Shown: in pieces, positions 1 to 11,649 of the stretch
Layout of the letters: every line of letters starts with the position of its first letter
How positions within the stretch are numbered: the first letter of the stretch is position 1
Assembly: GCF_006345805.1 (NCBI RefSeq)
Contig: NC_043002.1
Coordinates: 102,858,001 to 102,922,000 of the forward strand
Direction: 5' to 3'
DNA: 64,000 nucleotides
DNA from: Octopus sinensis
Taxonomy: Eukaryota
Made by a program: the position numbers and the translations under genes
The notes under the pieces: model-generated
Told to the model about the DNA's origin: nothing
Databases searched by the model: none
What the model saw: only the letters and a program-made list of their open reading frames with translations

Positions 1-2924
1 GGTGATTGTTCATAGGTCCCGGCCCGAAAGTTGTCCTGAACAGGCGGGTCAGGTGTTCCTCGTCGACGCCCAGACTCTGCCCGAGTTCGTCGTCGCACCT
101 CCCCTCCACTAATCCTCTATAGAATGCCTTTGTTGTGATGGAGTCGCACAAGTTCGATCCTGGACGGCAGAGTTGCTTGAGAGCAACGCGACACTCGCGG
201 TGCCATTCGCCTAGCCTCGGTCTCTGCTTGATCCATGACTGTAGTTCGTCCAAGGAGACGAGCTGCGGGAAAGCGCGCCGCACAAAAGGCGACCACCCCT
301 GTTCACCGTTGTCTATGAAGCGCCGGAGATTTCGCAGTCTCAGCGCATGTCTGCGCATCATCAACCACGGCATGCCCAGCCCTCCATTTAGCGGGTGTTG
401 GCAGCAAATGGATCGCCTAACCATCGGAACGTTTCCCTTCCACAAGAAGCGGAAGAGTATGCGTTCCAGTTTGGTGATGGTAGGGTCGGGACAAGGCACG
501 ACGGTCAGACGATACTCGATGACGGATGCGATGGACGCGTTCGCCACCTCCGCCCGACCTTTTAGGGATAGCTTTCTCTCAGTCCATTTCTGGGTGAGAG
601 TAGCCACCCTAGTCGTTATCTCGCCCCAGTTCTTCTCCATTTGGAGGTCCGGACCGAACCAGACCCCGAACAATTTAACCGGTCCGTCCGTCCAGCGTCC
701 CACGATGGAGACGCTGTTGGACGGCATGGACTTGCTTCTCCAGGTGCCGAGCCGCAAGCCCACTGACTTTTCCCGGTTAATTTTTGCTCCCGTTACCTCT
801 TCGTATTCTTTCAGTGTCTCGCCGACCAGCTCGATGTGCTCGTAGCTCGACACTATGACGGTGACGTCATCCGCGTATGCAGACACGCTCCTCCCGCATC
901 CCAGCTCTCGTGGGATGCCCCTCACGTCGCCAGTTTCCGCAGTAGTGGCTCAAGAGTCAGTACATACAGCAGCGATGAGAGGGGGCATCCCTGACGAACC
1001 GAACGCATGATGTTAAAAGGTCTGGATAGATGACCATTTACGCGAACTACTGAGCGGATGCCGCTGTATAAGGCAGCGATCCAAGCGCGGAAAACTGGAC
1101 CGAAACCAGCCGCTTTGAGGACAGCCTCCAAGTAGTGATGGTCTACCCTATCGAAGGCTTTTGATTGATCCAAATTGATCAGCGCCCCACCCATGCCAGG
1201 ATTTTTAACTACCCTGTCTATGATGTAGCGCATCAGATGGAGGTTGTCATGAATACTTCTACCCGGCACGGCGCATGTTTGCGCCTTGTCGATTAGTTTC
1301 TTGATGACAAGCGCCAACCTCTCGGCTAACACCTTGGCCAAAATTTTCAAATCTGCGTTGAGCAGAGTGATGGGCCTCAAATTACCTATGACGTCCCCCT
1401 TGTTTGGGTCTTTCTTGATCAGTGCCACTGCTCCTCGCTTTACAAAAGCAGGAATACTCCCGTTCTGCTGCCAGTTGCAGTAGACAGCTGCCAAGACGCC
1501 TCCAAACAAGTCTGGCATATGAAAATAAAATTCGTAGGGGAGACCATCCAAGCCTGGTGACTTGTCTCTCGCGCAGCCTACCATCGCATCCTGTACGTCC
1601 GCAGCTGTGAGGCTTTTCACAAGACTCCACCTCCCTTGCTGAGAGTCGTGGCAAGGCATGCAGGTAGGCACTAAAGTCCACTCTGCTTTCTGACTCACCA
1701 CTTGTCCCAAACAGTTGGGTGAAGTGTTGTTGAAAAACCCCACACATCCTTTTAGGCTCGAGCAATTCGCGCCCCTGTTCATCTATAAGAGACTTGATGG
1801 TGGCTCTGTTGCCTCGTTGCGTCTCCACCACTCGGGCCTCTTGGGCGGCTCCAACTCCTTCGTTCCTCAGAGCATGCATCCTAGCTCTGACAACGCATCC
1901 CTCGTGTTTGGCGTTGAGGTGTTGGTCGAGGGCCAATCTCGCCGCCAGCACGTTGGACACGATGCCAGTTCTAAGTGCCTCTTCTAAAACCTTAACTAAT
2001 TCTCCCTCTATTCTATTTCGGTCTAATGCTAGGGCTCTACTGTATCTGACTGATTCTGCTTTAATCGCTTTTTTTAGGGCCACCACCATCTGTTGTTGAT
2101 GATGGTACCCGTCAAAGCTCTCTTAACTAATGTGCTGATCCGGTCCCTGTAAACCTGTCGTGCTGTAAAAGACGCGTTCAGTTTCCAGTAACCAGGACCC
2201 TGCCTATGTGTCTTATCTAAGTCAAGTATACAAGTCACAAACTTGTGATCTGTGTAACTGACTATATGAAATTGTGGACAACCTACACTATTTTTATCTA
2301 TTGTCCTACAGAATACTCTATCTAAGTATGATCTGGACGACCCGATGCGGTTACTCCATGTCCACATTGGCACATTCGGGTGGTCCAGTCGGTACCTGTC
2401 AGACAGTTGGAAACGTCTGAGCAGGTCTTTGAGGCATTTGCATCCCCTTCTATTGCTATCTCTGCCCACGTAGTCTAGATGCGTGTCCAGGGTGCATTCC
2501 AATCCCCCACTAAAAGTAAAGGACGAGACGTTCCCATGAAAGACTCTAGACGTCGAAAGAAATCTAGTCGGCCTGTTAAGGACGGAGCATAAACTGCTAT
2601 CAGTCGAAAAGCACACTCATTGCTGCCATCGACATCCAAAACGACCAGCCTACCCTCCGGGTCTAGGAAATTTGCTCTTACTTTGAGATCCAGACTCTTC
2701 CGGATAAGCACCGCGGTGCCACCTCCGCCCATTCTCGGTAGACACGGAGAAAAATAAATGTTGAAATGTGTACCGAAAATGTGCTGGAGTGCCCGCAAGC
2801 TGTGGAGTCTGGTCTCACTGATGGCTATGATATTCAGATTTAGTGACTTGATGTCATTTAACAGGTAGCCTTGTTTCTAAGACGACCCCAAGCCACGTAC
2901 ATTTATACTACCTATTCTGAGCAT
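1..2924 (-). pseudogene. LINE ORF2: apurinic-like endonuclease + reverse transcriptase, disrupted
   Basis: ATG at 2924 reads MLRIGSINVRGLGSS then an in-frame TAG at 2877-2879. APE motifs follow (IAISETR, LIAVYAP, LVGDWNA, YLDRVF, TDHKFV), then RT motifs (KSPGLDGLPYEFY, RPITLLNADLKILAK, LDQSKAFDRVDH, RQGCPLS) and YADD at 866-877 after a frameshift. Pieces are ORFs 2475..2798, 2074..2616, 1382..2089 and 922..1782. Confidence 0.93.
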
Positions 2925-2966
2925 GTTCCGATAAAAGTGCAAAAAAGGAAAAGGAGAGAGAAAAGG

Positions 2967-4930
2967 TTACTTGTTTTTCGAAAGTTCTTTGTCTTTCACC
3001 TCACGGTCTTCTTCTATGAGGCTTTTATAAAGTTTTTTCGATGAGTACTTTTGAAATCTCCCTACTGCATCAGGGTAAAGAGATTTCAGGGTGCTGTATG
3101 TGTTCTGTGTCACGTGTATTATTTTAATGTGTTGTGGTGGTGTTGTGTGTGGGTGGTTACTTGTTTTTATGTCGTTTTCAGTAATGTTAGTGTTTGACCT
3201 AATGTGTTCCATTAGGTCGTGGTTGTTTTTGTTTATGGCTGTCAACATTTTTGGGGGGTTTGATGATGTTGTTTGTGTTGATGTGTGTGTGTTTTCTGTG
3301 GATGTTTTTGTTTCGGGAGTGGTGTATCTTCCCGCTTTGTTTGTTATTTTTTCTTCTTTTTTTTCCCCTTTTTCTTCTCCCCCCTGTGGCTATTTGCCAA
3401 TCTTCCGTGTCTTCTTCGTCTAATGACAATCAGACGAATCGGAGTCTGGAAGAGGGAAAATGGGGTCTATTTTCGACTGTGTTGGTTTTGTTGTTGGTGT
3501 TGGTTGGTGAGCGTTTGGTTGTGGTGTATGCGGTTTTGGAGGTGGGGTTTGGGTATTTTGTGTTTGAGTGATTGTAGGTATTGTTGTGTTGTTTAGGGTC
3601 TCAATTTTGTGGGGATTTGGAGTTGTAATTGTTTCTTCATTTTTGCTGGGTGTTTTTGGCAGATGTCCTTGGTTTGGGAGTTGGTATATTCTTGGTGTGT
3701 TGTGTTGGTGATGCTGCTTCTGTTCTTGGTGCTGCAGTTGGTGTGGTTGTTTGTTTGGTGAGGTTTGTTCCTGCAAAAAGGGTGTGGGTAGTAAACCTTG
3801 TTTATTTGTTTTTGTTTCCGGCTGCTGTTGTTGTTGCTGTTGTTTTCTTGCGGCAGATTTGCAGTCTTTTTTTAGGGTTGCTCACTGCCGCATATGTAGC
3901 AACGTGGTCTTCTGCCATCGACGACCACATATAATTGTGGTCGTCTGATACACATATCTGGGTGGGTATTTTTTATATCTTCATGATGTATATGTAGAAG
4001 AAATTCTACTTTTTTTCCCACCCAGTTTTTATGCTCTGTGACTGTGGTTTCCAAAATAGTATAATTCGCCATTTTTACGCATAAGGCCTTTACAAGCCAT
4101 AGACTATTGGCTATTTTGGGGACATTGTTTAGAGTGATCTTAGTCACTTTCTGTCCCCGATAGCTTGGTGTAAGTTGGAGTTCATCTGAGTGAAGAGTTA
4201 GCGTTGAGAAATGTCTAGCTAACTCTTCGGTGTAGAAAACAACTTGTATGTGGGCAAATTTGTTCCACCAGGTAACATATTCTTTGTGATCCCAGATGGG
4301 TTTCAAGCACTTCTCTATTTTGCTTGTGTTAGCCTTCTCTGGGATTTTTGTTTTTTTGTTAACTATTTTATAAATGATTGTTCGTCTTTTTTCATTTTCC
4401 AAAATGTCTTCTGGTATGTTTATTTTTACTATACCATCTGATTCTGTTATTTTAATGTTCGTGTCCTGTATTTGTTGAGCCGTAAAATATATTGTTGTTT
4501 TTTTTTCTTTAATCGCCTCAGCGAAATTTGTTGTTGTTTTGTTATTGTTTTTGCTTGTGGTGATGTTGTTGTTGGCTGCAGTTTGTAAAATTGGTGTGTT
4601 TGGTTCGATTGTGCAAGTAGGAAGGGGTGGAAAATTGCCTGCGTACTTTAGTCCTGCACTAGCGCAAATTTCGACATTTCGTTTGCTTGTCGTCGTTATT
4701 TTTTCACTTGTTGGTGATGGAGTGAGCAGTGGTTGAAGGGAATTGTTGTTGTCGTCGTCGTTGTTGTTGTTGTTGTTGTTGTTATTGTCGTTCTTGGTGA
4801 CGGCGGTGGTGTTAGTAATATTTGTAGCATTGACGGCACGGTCTTTGGTGGCGGTGATGGTGATGTTGGTATTGTTATTGGTGGCGATGTCTTTAGTAGG
4901 GATAGCAGTTTTAGTAGCAGATTCTGCCAT
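2967..4930 (-). pseudogene. LINE ORF1 (gag-like nucleic-acid chaperone) with CCHC zinc knuckle, frameshifted
   Basis: ORF 3872..5128 (first ATG at 4930) ends CYICGSEQ. Restoring a 1-nt deletion near 3876 gives CYICGSEQHLKKDC (C-x2-C-x4-H-x4-C). The frame continues through 3420..3776, 3199..3429 and 2967..3248, with low-complexity T/N/Q/K tracts typical of Tx1-type ORF1. Confidence 0.8.
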
Positions 4931-5195
4931 GGTGTTGGTGGTGGTGGACTCACTGATGGTGTTGACGGTGCTTGGCCTTGCGACCTTTGTTTTGTATTTG
5001 TTGCTGTTGTCGATGTTGATGGTGGTGGAGTTGTCAGGTTCGGCGTATGCTAACAGAGCATCCTGTTTTTCTGTTTCTGCGTCACGCTTGACTTGCACCT
5101 CAACTTTTAAGCACAAAATATTTGTCAATATACACTTTTGAAACGTACAAAAATACCAACTTACGTGGAGCCCATTTGACTTGCGTCTGTCTGTC

Positions 5196-5283
<88 letters not shown>

Positions 5284-5309
5284 GGATTGATAGACAGATA
5301 AATAAATAG

Positions 5310-5367
<58 letters not shown>

Positions 5368-5401
5368 GGATAGATAGATGGATTGATATATAGATATATA
5401 A

Positions 5402-5432
<31 letters not shown>

Positions 5433-5445
5433 GATAAATAGATAG

Positions 5446-5517
<72 letters not shown>

Positions 5518-5518
5518 G

Positions 5519-5553
<35 letters not shown>

Positions 5554-5581
5554 ATAAATAGATAAATATATATATATATAT

Positions 5582-5652
<71 letters not shown>
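5196..5652. repeat. (GATA)n tetranucleotide microsatellite
   Basis: ~460 bp of gata units with scattered variants. Confidence 0.98.
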
Positions 5653-5962
5653 CAAAGGGAGAGAGAGAGATGCTGAGTAGTATTATAAAAGATGTATAGT
5701 TAGTGGTAAATCATCAAATCATTTCTAACTTTTATACAGAAGAGAGTATAAAAATATACGGATTCAGCAGAGAAGCGAGAATATCTAGAGCACGAATGGT
5801 CAAAAGTGATATATCGTAGAGAAACCCAAGCTTTCCGTGCGTAACGTCTTTGATGGAGAGAATCTGTAGAGTTTTTTTTTTTTCGTTGCCTTCATAAATA
5901 ATATTACTGGGAATCACTTATGAAAAGCTGGGCGTTAAGGAAATCATATTTGTACGTATGAT

Positions 5963-6040
<78 letters not shown>

Positions 6041-6809
6041 GATGGCTTGAAACAAAAGCAAACACCATTTACAGTAATTTGCAAGATGACTAGACTTACG
6101 ATTATTCATGTGATTTTGCCCTTTGATCTTAGCGGTTCAAGTAAATTTAGTTCTCAGTGTTTGTATGAACCTTCATTCCATGAGAAATAGTGTATGATGA
6201 TATATTCAAAATAATGATATATACTCATTTCTGACTCCTCCTTCACAAAAAGGATTTTAGTGCACTTTTCAGCTGGTTACAGATGGATCTGATTGGGCTG
6301 AATTTTGGGTGTCGGGGCGGAAACACGGCGGCATCTTTTCAGTCATCGGTCCATCGATAAAACTGCTATGAAAATAACCGTTAAAACAAAGGGAAATTAC
6401 AGTGTGATTGGCCGTTATTAAGACAAAAGAGCTATTAGAATGACCGCTAAGTAAGGGGAGGGAGTAAAACTAAAGGAGTAAAAATGTTCATAGTAATCAT
6501 GTAAGCGCGCATGTTCATACATACATATGCGTGCCCGAACACCCACGCACATGCCCTTATATGTATATACTCATCCGCCCTCACTTGAAACACACACATG
6601 CTCACCCACCCATTCGCCAAAAAATATATACATACCCGCATACACACTCGCACACACACACACACGCACAAAAAAGGTTTATACTCAGGTCTATACAAGC
6701 ACATACACAACAGAAAACAGGACTAAAGGCAAAATACAGAAAAATGTGTAAAGAATTGTAAAAAAATATATGAGCAATAAAACTATAAACCATTATCTTT
6801 ATAAATGTC

Positions 6810-6841
<32 letters not shown>

Positions 6842-6842
<1 letters not shown>

Positions 6843-7362
6843 GCAATAATAATTCTCTAAACGAGGTATATACAGTAACTGCTCCATAACATAAGGGACG
6901 TTAGCCATCCGAATAAGGCTAGGGACAGGGCAGGGCGGTGGGGGTGTTACTGATGCATTTAGCCCCAGGCGATCATCAACGTCACCAGAAGGTGCCCTGT
7001 CCCTAGCCATATTCGGATGGCTAACGTCCCTTATGTTATGGAGCAGTTACTGCATATACCTCGTTTAGAGAATTATTATTGCTGTCAAACAGATTTTCTA
7101 CATCAGTAAATGTATTTACTATGAAAATCTTTATATAGATAGCCTGCACAGAGAGTCGTTCGTCGAGGGGCGGTGCCTGCCATACGTTGACAATAGGCAA
7201 ACACCTTGAAACCCTGGGTCCGTATGTGGCATCCGCTTCTTTGGGGAATGATCTCCCTTTGCAGGCTAGAGGACGCCGTGATGGCGTCAGCCATTCTGGT
7301 GACGTTGATGATCGCCTGGGCCTGTCCCTAGCCATATTCGGATGGCTAACCCTTATGTTATA
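6842..7362. mobile_element. Unclassified structured element with a 91-bp inverted repeat and terminal direct repeat, inserted in (TA)n
   Basis: Arms 6842-6932 and 6993-7083 are reverse complements with ~2 mismatches. 7297-7323 is the reverse complement of 6964-6990, and 7322-7362 repeats 6996-7039. Both flanks are (TA)n. Confidence 0.6.
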
Positions 7363-7370
7363 TATATAAT

Positions 7371-7436
<66 letters not shown>

Positions 7437-7504
7437 TTATAAAGAAATGTAAGTAAAAAGTATAGAGAGTTAAAAATCTTGTAGCTGGACGCAACATAGA
7501 AAGC

Positions 7505-7850
7505 AAGTCCTATCTGGAATCTCGTAGGCACCAAAAACGTAACAAATAGTAAGCCACGTATGGACATGATCCGAAAAGTTCAGTTCTTGAATTTAGACAT
7601 GGGGCAGGGTCTAAGCTGCTTTTACAGATGCCCGACCTTTCCATATCACAAAGACCGCACTTTCCACTCCCGTTGGGGTAGGACTTACACTTGGCTAAGA
7701 TCTTCCAATGGATGTTGTAACTGACACCTTTGTCTTTTAAGGACCATATATGAGTGGTTAATTTCGTCGTTTTCCTATTATCCCATTTCCTGAAGCTCAA
7801 AGTGTGATTATTGAACCTGGCCTTATATAAATCTGCCAGAGATTACTGTG
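7505..7850 (-). mobile_element. Penelope-like element 3' fragment (GIY-YIG endonuclease C-terminal part)
   Basis: Translation reads KARFNNHTLSFR...TTKLTTHIWSLKDKGVSYNIHWKILAKCKSY..GKCGLCDME...LNSRTELFGSC. This matches the characteristic C-terminal tail of PLE GIY-YIG domains (ORF 7510..7800). Confidence 0.75.
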
Positions 7851-8753
7851 ATCTAAATATATATATATATTGTCGGTGATCTTTGTTGGAAATCTGCGGG
7901 GTCGAGCCCATCACCCTGAAGCCGAAAATTACCCATCAGCAGGGGGATGTCTCGACCGCTGCTAAGGGGTGATTATGGTCTCTGTTAGTATATATGTGAA
8001 TATTTATGTGCATTGACAACAGCATTAGAGCGTGTAATTCTTAATTCTAGCAATGTAGGTGTTTCTAATACTCCTCGAAATATTTGATCACACACACACA
8101 CACATATATATAGAGATAGAGAGATAGAAAGAGAAAGAGGGAAAGAAAGAAAGAAAAAGAATGACACATGGATATAAGCATATATATGTGTGTCTATACA
8201 TACATATACATGGGCACACACATATATATATATGTATGTGTATACGTTTACACACACATGTGTGTGTGTGTACATAACTATTCCACTTGCAAGTATTCAC
8301 AAACATTAATATGCACAGCGCTAGACAGCGAGGGGGAGATGCACGCGCGTGTATAGGTGAAATATGCCCCTCTTTGCGTGAAAGTGTCTGAAAGTCATTT
8401 GTCGTTGAGTGTAGGAGAATGTGTGTCTACCTCGACGTCGCACTTGCTTCCTCCTCGACGGAGATGGAGCGTCGCCAATTTTACTTTCTCAACTGAGAAA
8501 TATTTTATGAACATAATAACGCTCACTAAACATCTTAACTGAATGACCAGTCTGTTAAAGTTGTTGTTTTTCTTGGCATACTATGGAAAGTCTACCCACC
8601 CGTTGCACACACGCAAACACACACACATATATATATACACTCACACATAAACACACGCACAAACACACATACTCATAAACATAAATGCGCACTGACATAT
8701 GTAGGTGTGTGTGTGAAATAACCCCCTATGTACTTGTCTACTTATCTCTCTCC

Positions 8754-8800
<47 letters not shown>

Positions 8801-8827
8801 ATATGTATGCATATATATATGTACATA

Positions 8828-8862
<35 letters not shown>

Positions 8863-8924
8863 TGTATGTATGTATTTCTCTACTCTCTCACTATATATAC
8901 ATATATATACATATATACATATAC

Positions 8925-8985
<61 letters not shown>

Positions 8986-9578
8986 AATGTATATTTAGAG
9001 ATGTATATATACATGGATGTATAATGTCGTCTGTAAACATATAAAACTATGATTACCTCTCTGCTACATAAACCTTGGTTCCATGAATTATTGAATCTGT
9101 CCCGTTGCTGACATCATTCGCTGCGTCAAAACAGTTTCCTGCATTTGAGGAAGCTTTTACTAAATGAGAAATCTGACGACCCTACCAGTCGCTCACCTTT
9201 CCCTTCTGGCTGTGTCTTTATCAAATTTCTCTATTTCAAATATTGGCGCTTATTTTTGTATGTTTTGGCTGTCTATATCTTTCTCAACGTCTCTCTCTCC
9301 CTCTTCATCTCTTCCCTACTCCCTCCCTCTTTCTCTCTAATTGTATCTTTTTATCCTTAATCTTTTTGTGTCGGACATTGGACTGCGTCCATGCTGGGCC
9401 ACCTTCATCAATTGATTTAAGTAAATTGACGACAATATTAGTCTTTGGAAGATAGGTAGCTATTTTATCAATCCCGCAAAACCAACCACTCAGTTACGGA
9501 AATAGTCAAACCAACGCTCTTTGTGAAGTGGTGGTGGGAGCCAAACATAAACAGAAAGACACACACACACACACACCC

Positions 9579-9613
<35 letters not shown>

Positions 9614-9634
9614 CACACACACACACACACACAC

Positions 9635-9719
<85 letters not shown>

Positions 9720-9829
9720 CTTATATATATGCACACATACATATATATACAGTCTGACATGCGTAAATTGTCGCCATTTTATGTTTGAATTTCGCGCAAG
9801 CGCATTGTTTTTTTTTTCGATTTTGTTGC

Positions 9830-10643
9830 TTACATAGTATAAAGGGTCAGTTGGGCACCAGCTTTCAGAATAAAAGCACCAAGACGCAATTCTCTCTGCC
9901 AGAAATTTTGAAATGACATATTGTTCTGCTTGGTATTCGCGCCGGAATCACCAATACGAATAGTTCAGGGTGTTTGGGTATCAATCTGAGGATATGTACC
10001 GTGAGTGATGAAAATCAAACATCTGGTAATCATGGTGTTTGCAGTGGCCAATAAGGATGGTGACGTTATGCCTCCATTCATCTTCCACACAGCCACAGAT
10101 TCAGCACGTTGACCGATACCTAGAACCTGCGTCTGTATGTGTGTGTATGTATGTACAGGATAGGTGAATAGGTGTATTTACCAAAATTACATAAAATTAT
10201 ATTGAAATATATAAGATTAAATTTATGCTGCCCTTTGTCAAGAGGGCGGCTGCTGGAAGACCCTATGTCTGACAACAGGATTCTGTACCATCCCACAAAA
10301 GCAGGAGAACACAATCATGGCTCTCAGACAATTTCAGTGACCACATCACCTCTAACATCTGACAACCTATCTTCCCAGAATGCAACTACATCGACTAATA
10401 TGTATGGGGCGCACTTGAGTCAGAGACCAACAAAACTCTTTCTAGCACCAGAAACGACCTGAAGGCAAGAATGATGGCAGCATTCACTAGCTTAAACAAG
10501 TAGACGGTCCAGATGTACTGCAGAAGATTCCGAAGTAATCTGGAGGCCGAAGCTGAGACCAGTGGCGATTTTATTGAATAAATTTGCTCTTTATTATTTC
10601 AATATATTTAATGCAATTTTGGTAAATACATTTATTCACCGTA
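9830..10643 (+). mobile_element. Tc1/mariner-superfamily (maT/DD37D-like) transposon relic, internally deleted
   Basis: Degenerate transposase pieces: IMVFAVANKDGDVMPPFIF (~10035-10085), AAGRPYV*QQDSVPSHKSRRTQSWLSDNF (~10245-10335) and YCRRFRSNLEAEAETSGDFIE* (~10515-10580). The right end ...tttattcaccg is followed by TA. Confidence 0.75.
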
Positions 10644-11649
10644 TACCATACATGCACACACAGACGCATGGACTGACGCACAATTGGTTTCACACGGATT
10701 CCCTCTACTGAATTCCATCAATAGCCATGGACCAGAAATTATCTTGATGTAAAGAACTGTTTCTACATGGATTTGATTCAATATACACGACATTCACGTT
10801 GTGAATAGCACTGACGAAGTACTCCTTGATCGTAAATAAATGATTGTAAAAACGGACAATGATTCGTCATAATTCAACCAAACAATTAGTATGTCGTCTA
10901 ACTCTTAAGGGAGGCGATATGTCTTTTGTGCGGACTCTATGCCCATTCTAATATTACGAAATCTGTAAGCGACTTTCTTTTGAAGAATGACACATGGAAC
11001 GTTGATCTCTATGCACTCAACCTAATTAAAACACATTACATTTGTAGCTGGATTTACTTTCATCGTCGCTCGATTCATGTAACGTAAATTCGAGGCTAAA
11101 CGGCAAAAAGAAGTAAATGAAGATGTCGTCAAGTTGTCAGTACCACCAAGAGCTCATGTCAACGATAATGAATTCTTCTAAATAACCTTGGCTAATTATC
11201 ACTAATAATGTACAGCAATTATCTTGATTACACTATAATTGTAAGTGAATATTAAATATTTACAATGCGAAGAATATTACAAACACTTTGTAATTTCGTA
11301 TTGATTGCATAAACTGAAGTTCTGTAAACGTTTATTTTTTCACAATTATAAAGGGAAATGTAATGAAAGAATACACAGGCATCGAAATATATGCATGCAC
11401 ACACACACACACAAACACACGCACGAAGACACAGACACAAAAACACCTACACACGAGCGCACACATACAGCTATATATATATACATACATATATATATAT
11501 GTATGCATGTATGTATGTATATATATATATATATATATATATAAGAGACCAAAGTTTACGCTCGCAGCTATATATACATATGTGTGTGTGTGTGTGTGTG
11601 TGTATTCATATACATATATACATACATACATACATATATATATATATAC

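Larger units (their letters stand above)
1..5195 (-). mobile_element. Tx1/L1-clade non-LTR retrotransposon, 5' end present, runs off the window at its 3' side, inactivated
   Basis: The minus strand carries ORF1 (zinc knuckle), a 42-nt spacer, then ORF2 with APE endonuclease and RT motifs. The 5' end abuts a (GATA)n tract at ~5196. There are multiple frameshifts and stops. Confidence 0.92.

Noticed and set aside
135-845. 236-aa plus-strand ORF
   Set aside because: It is the antisense shadow of the LINE ORF2 on the minus strand and has no independent motifs.
6285-6415. Promoter-like cluster: two reverse CCAAT boxes and a GGGGCGG GC box
   Set aside because: These short motifs have no associated exon or transcript evidence and could occur by chance.
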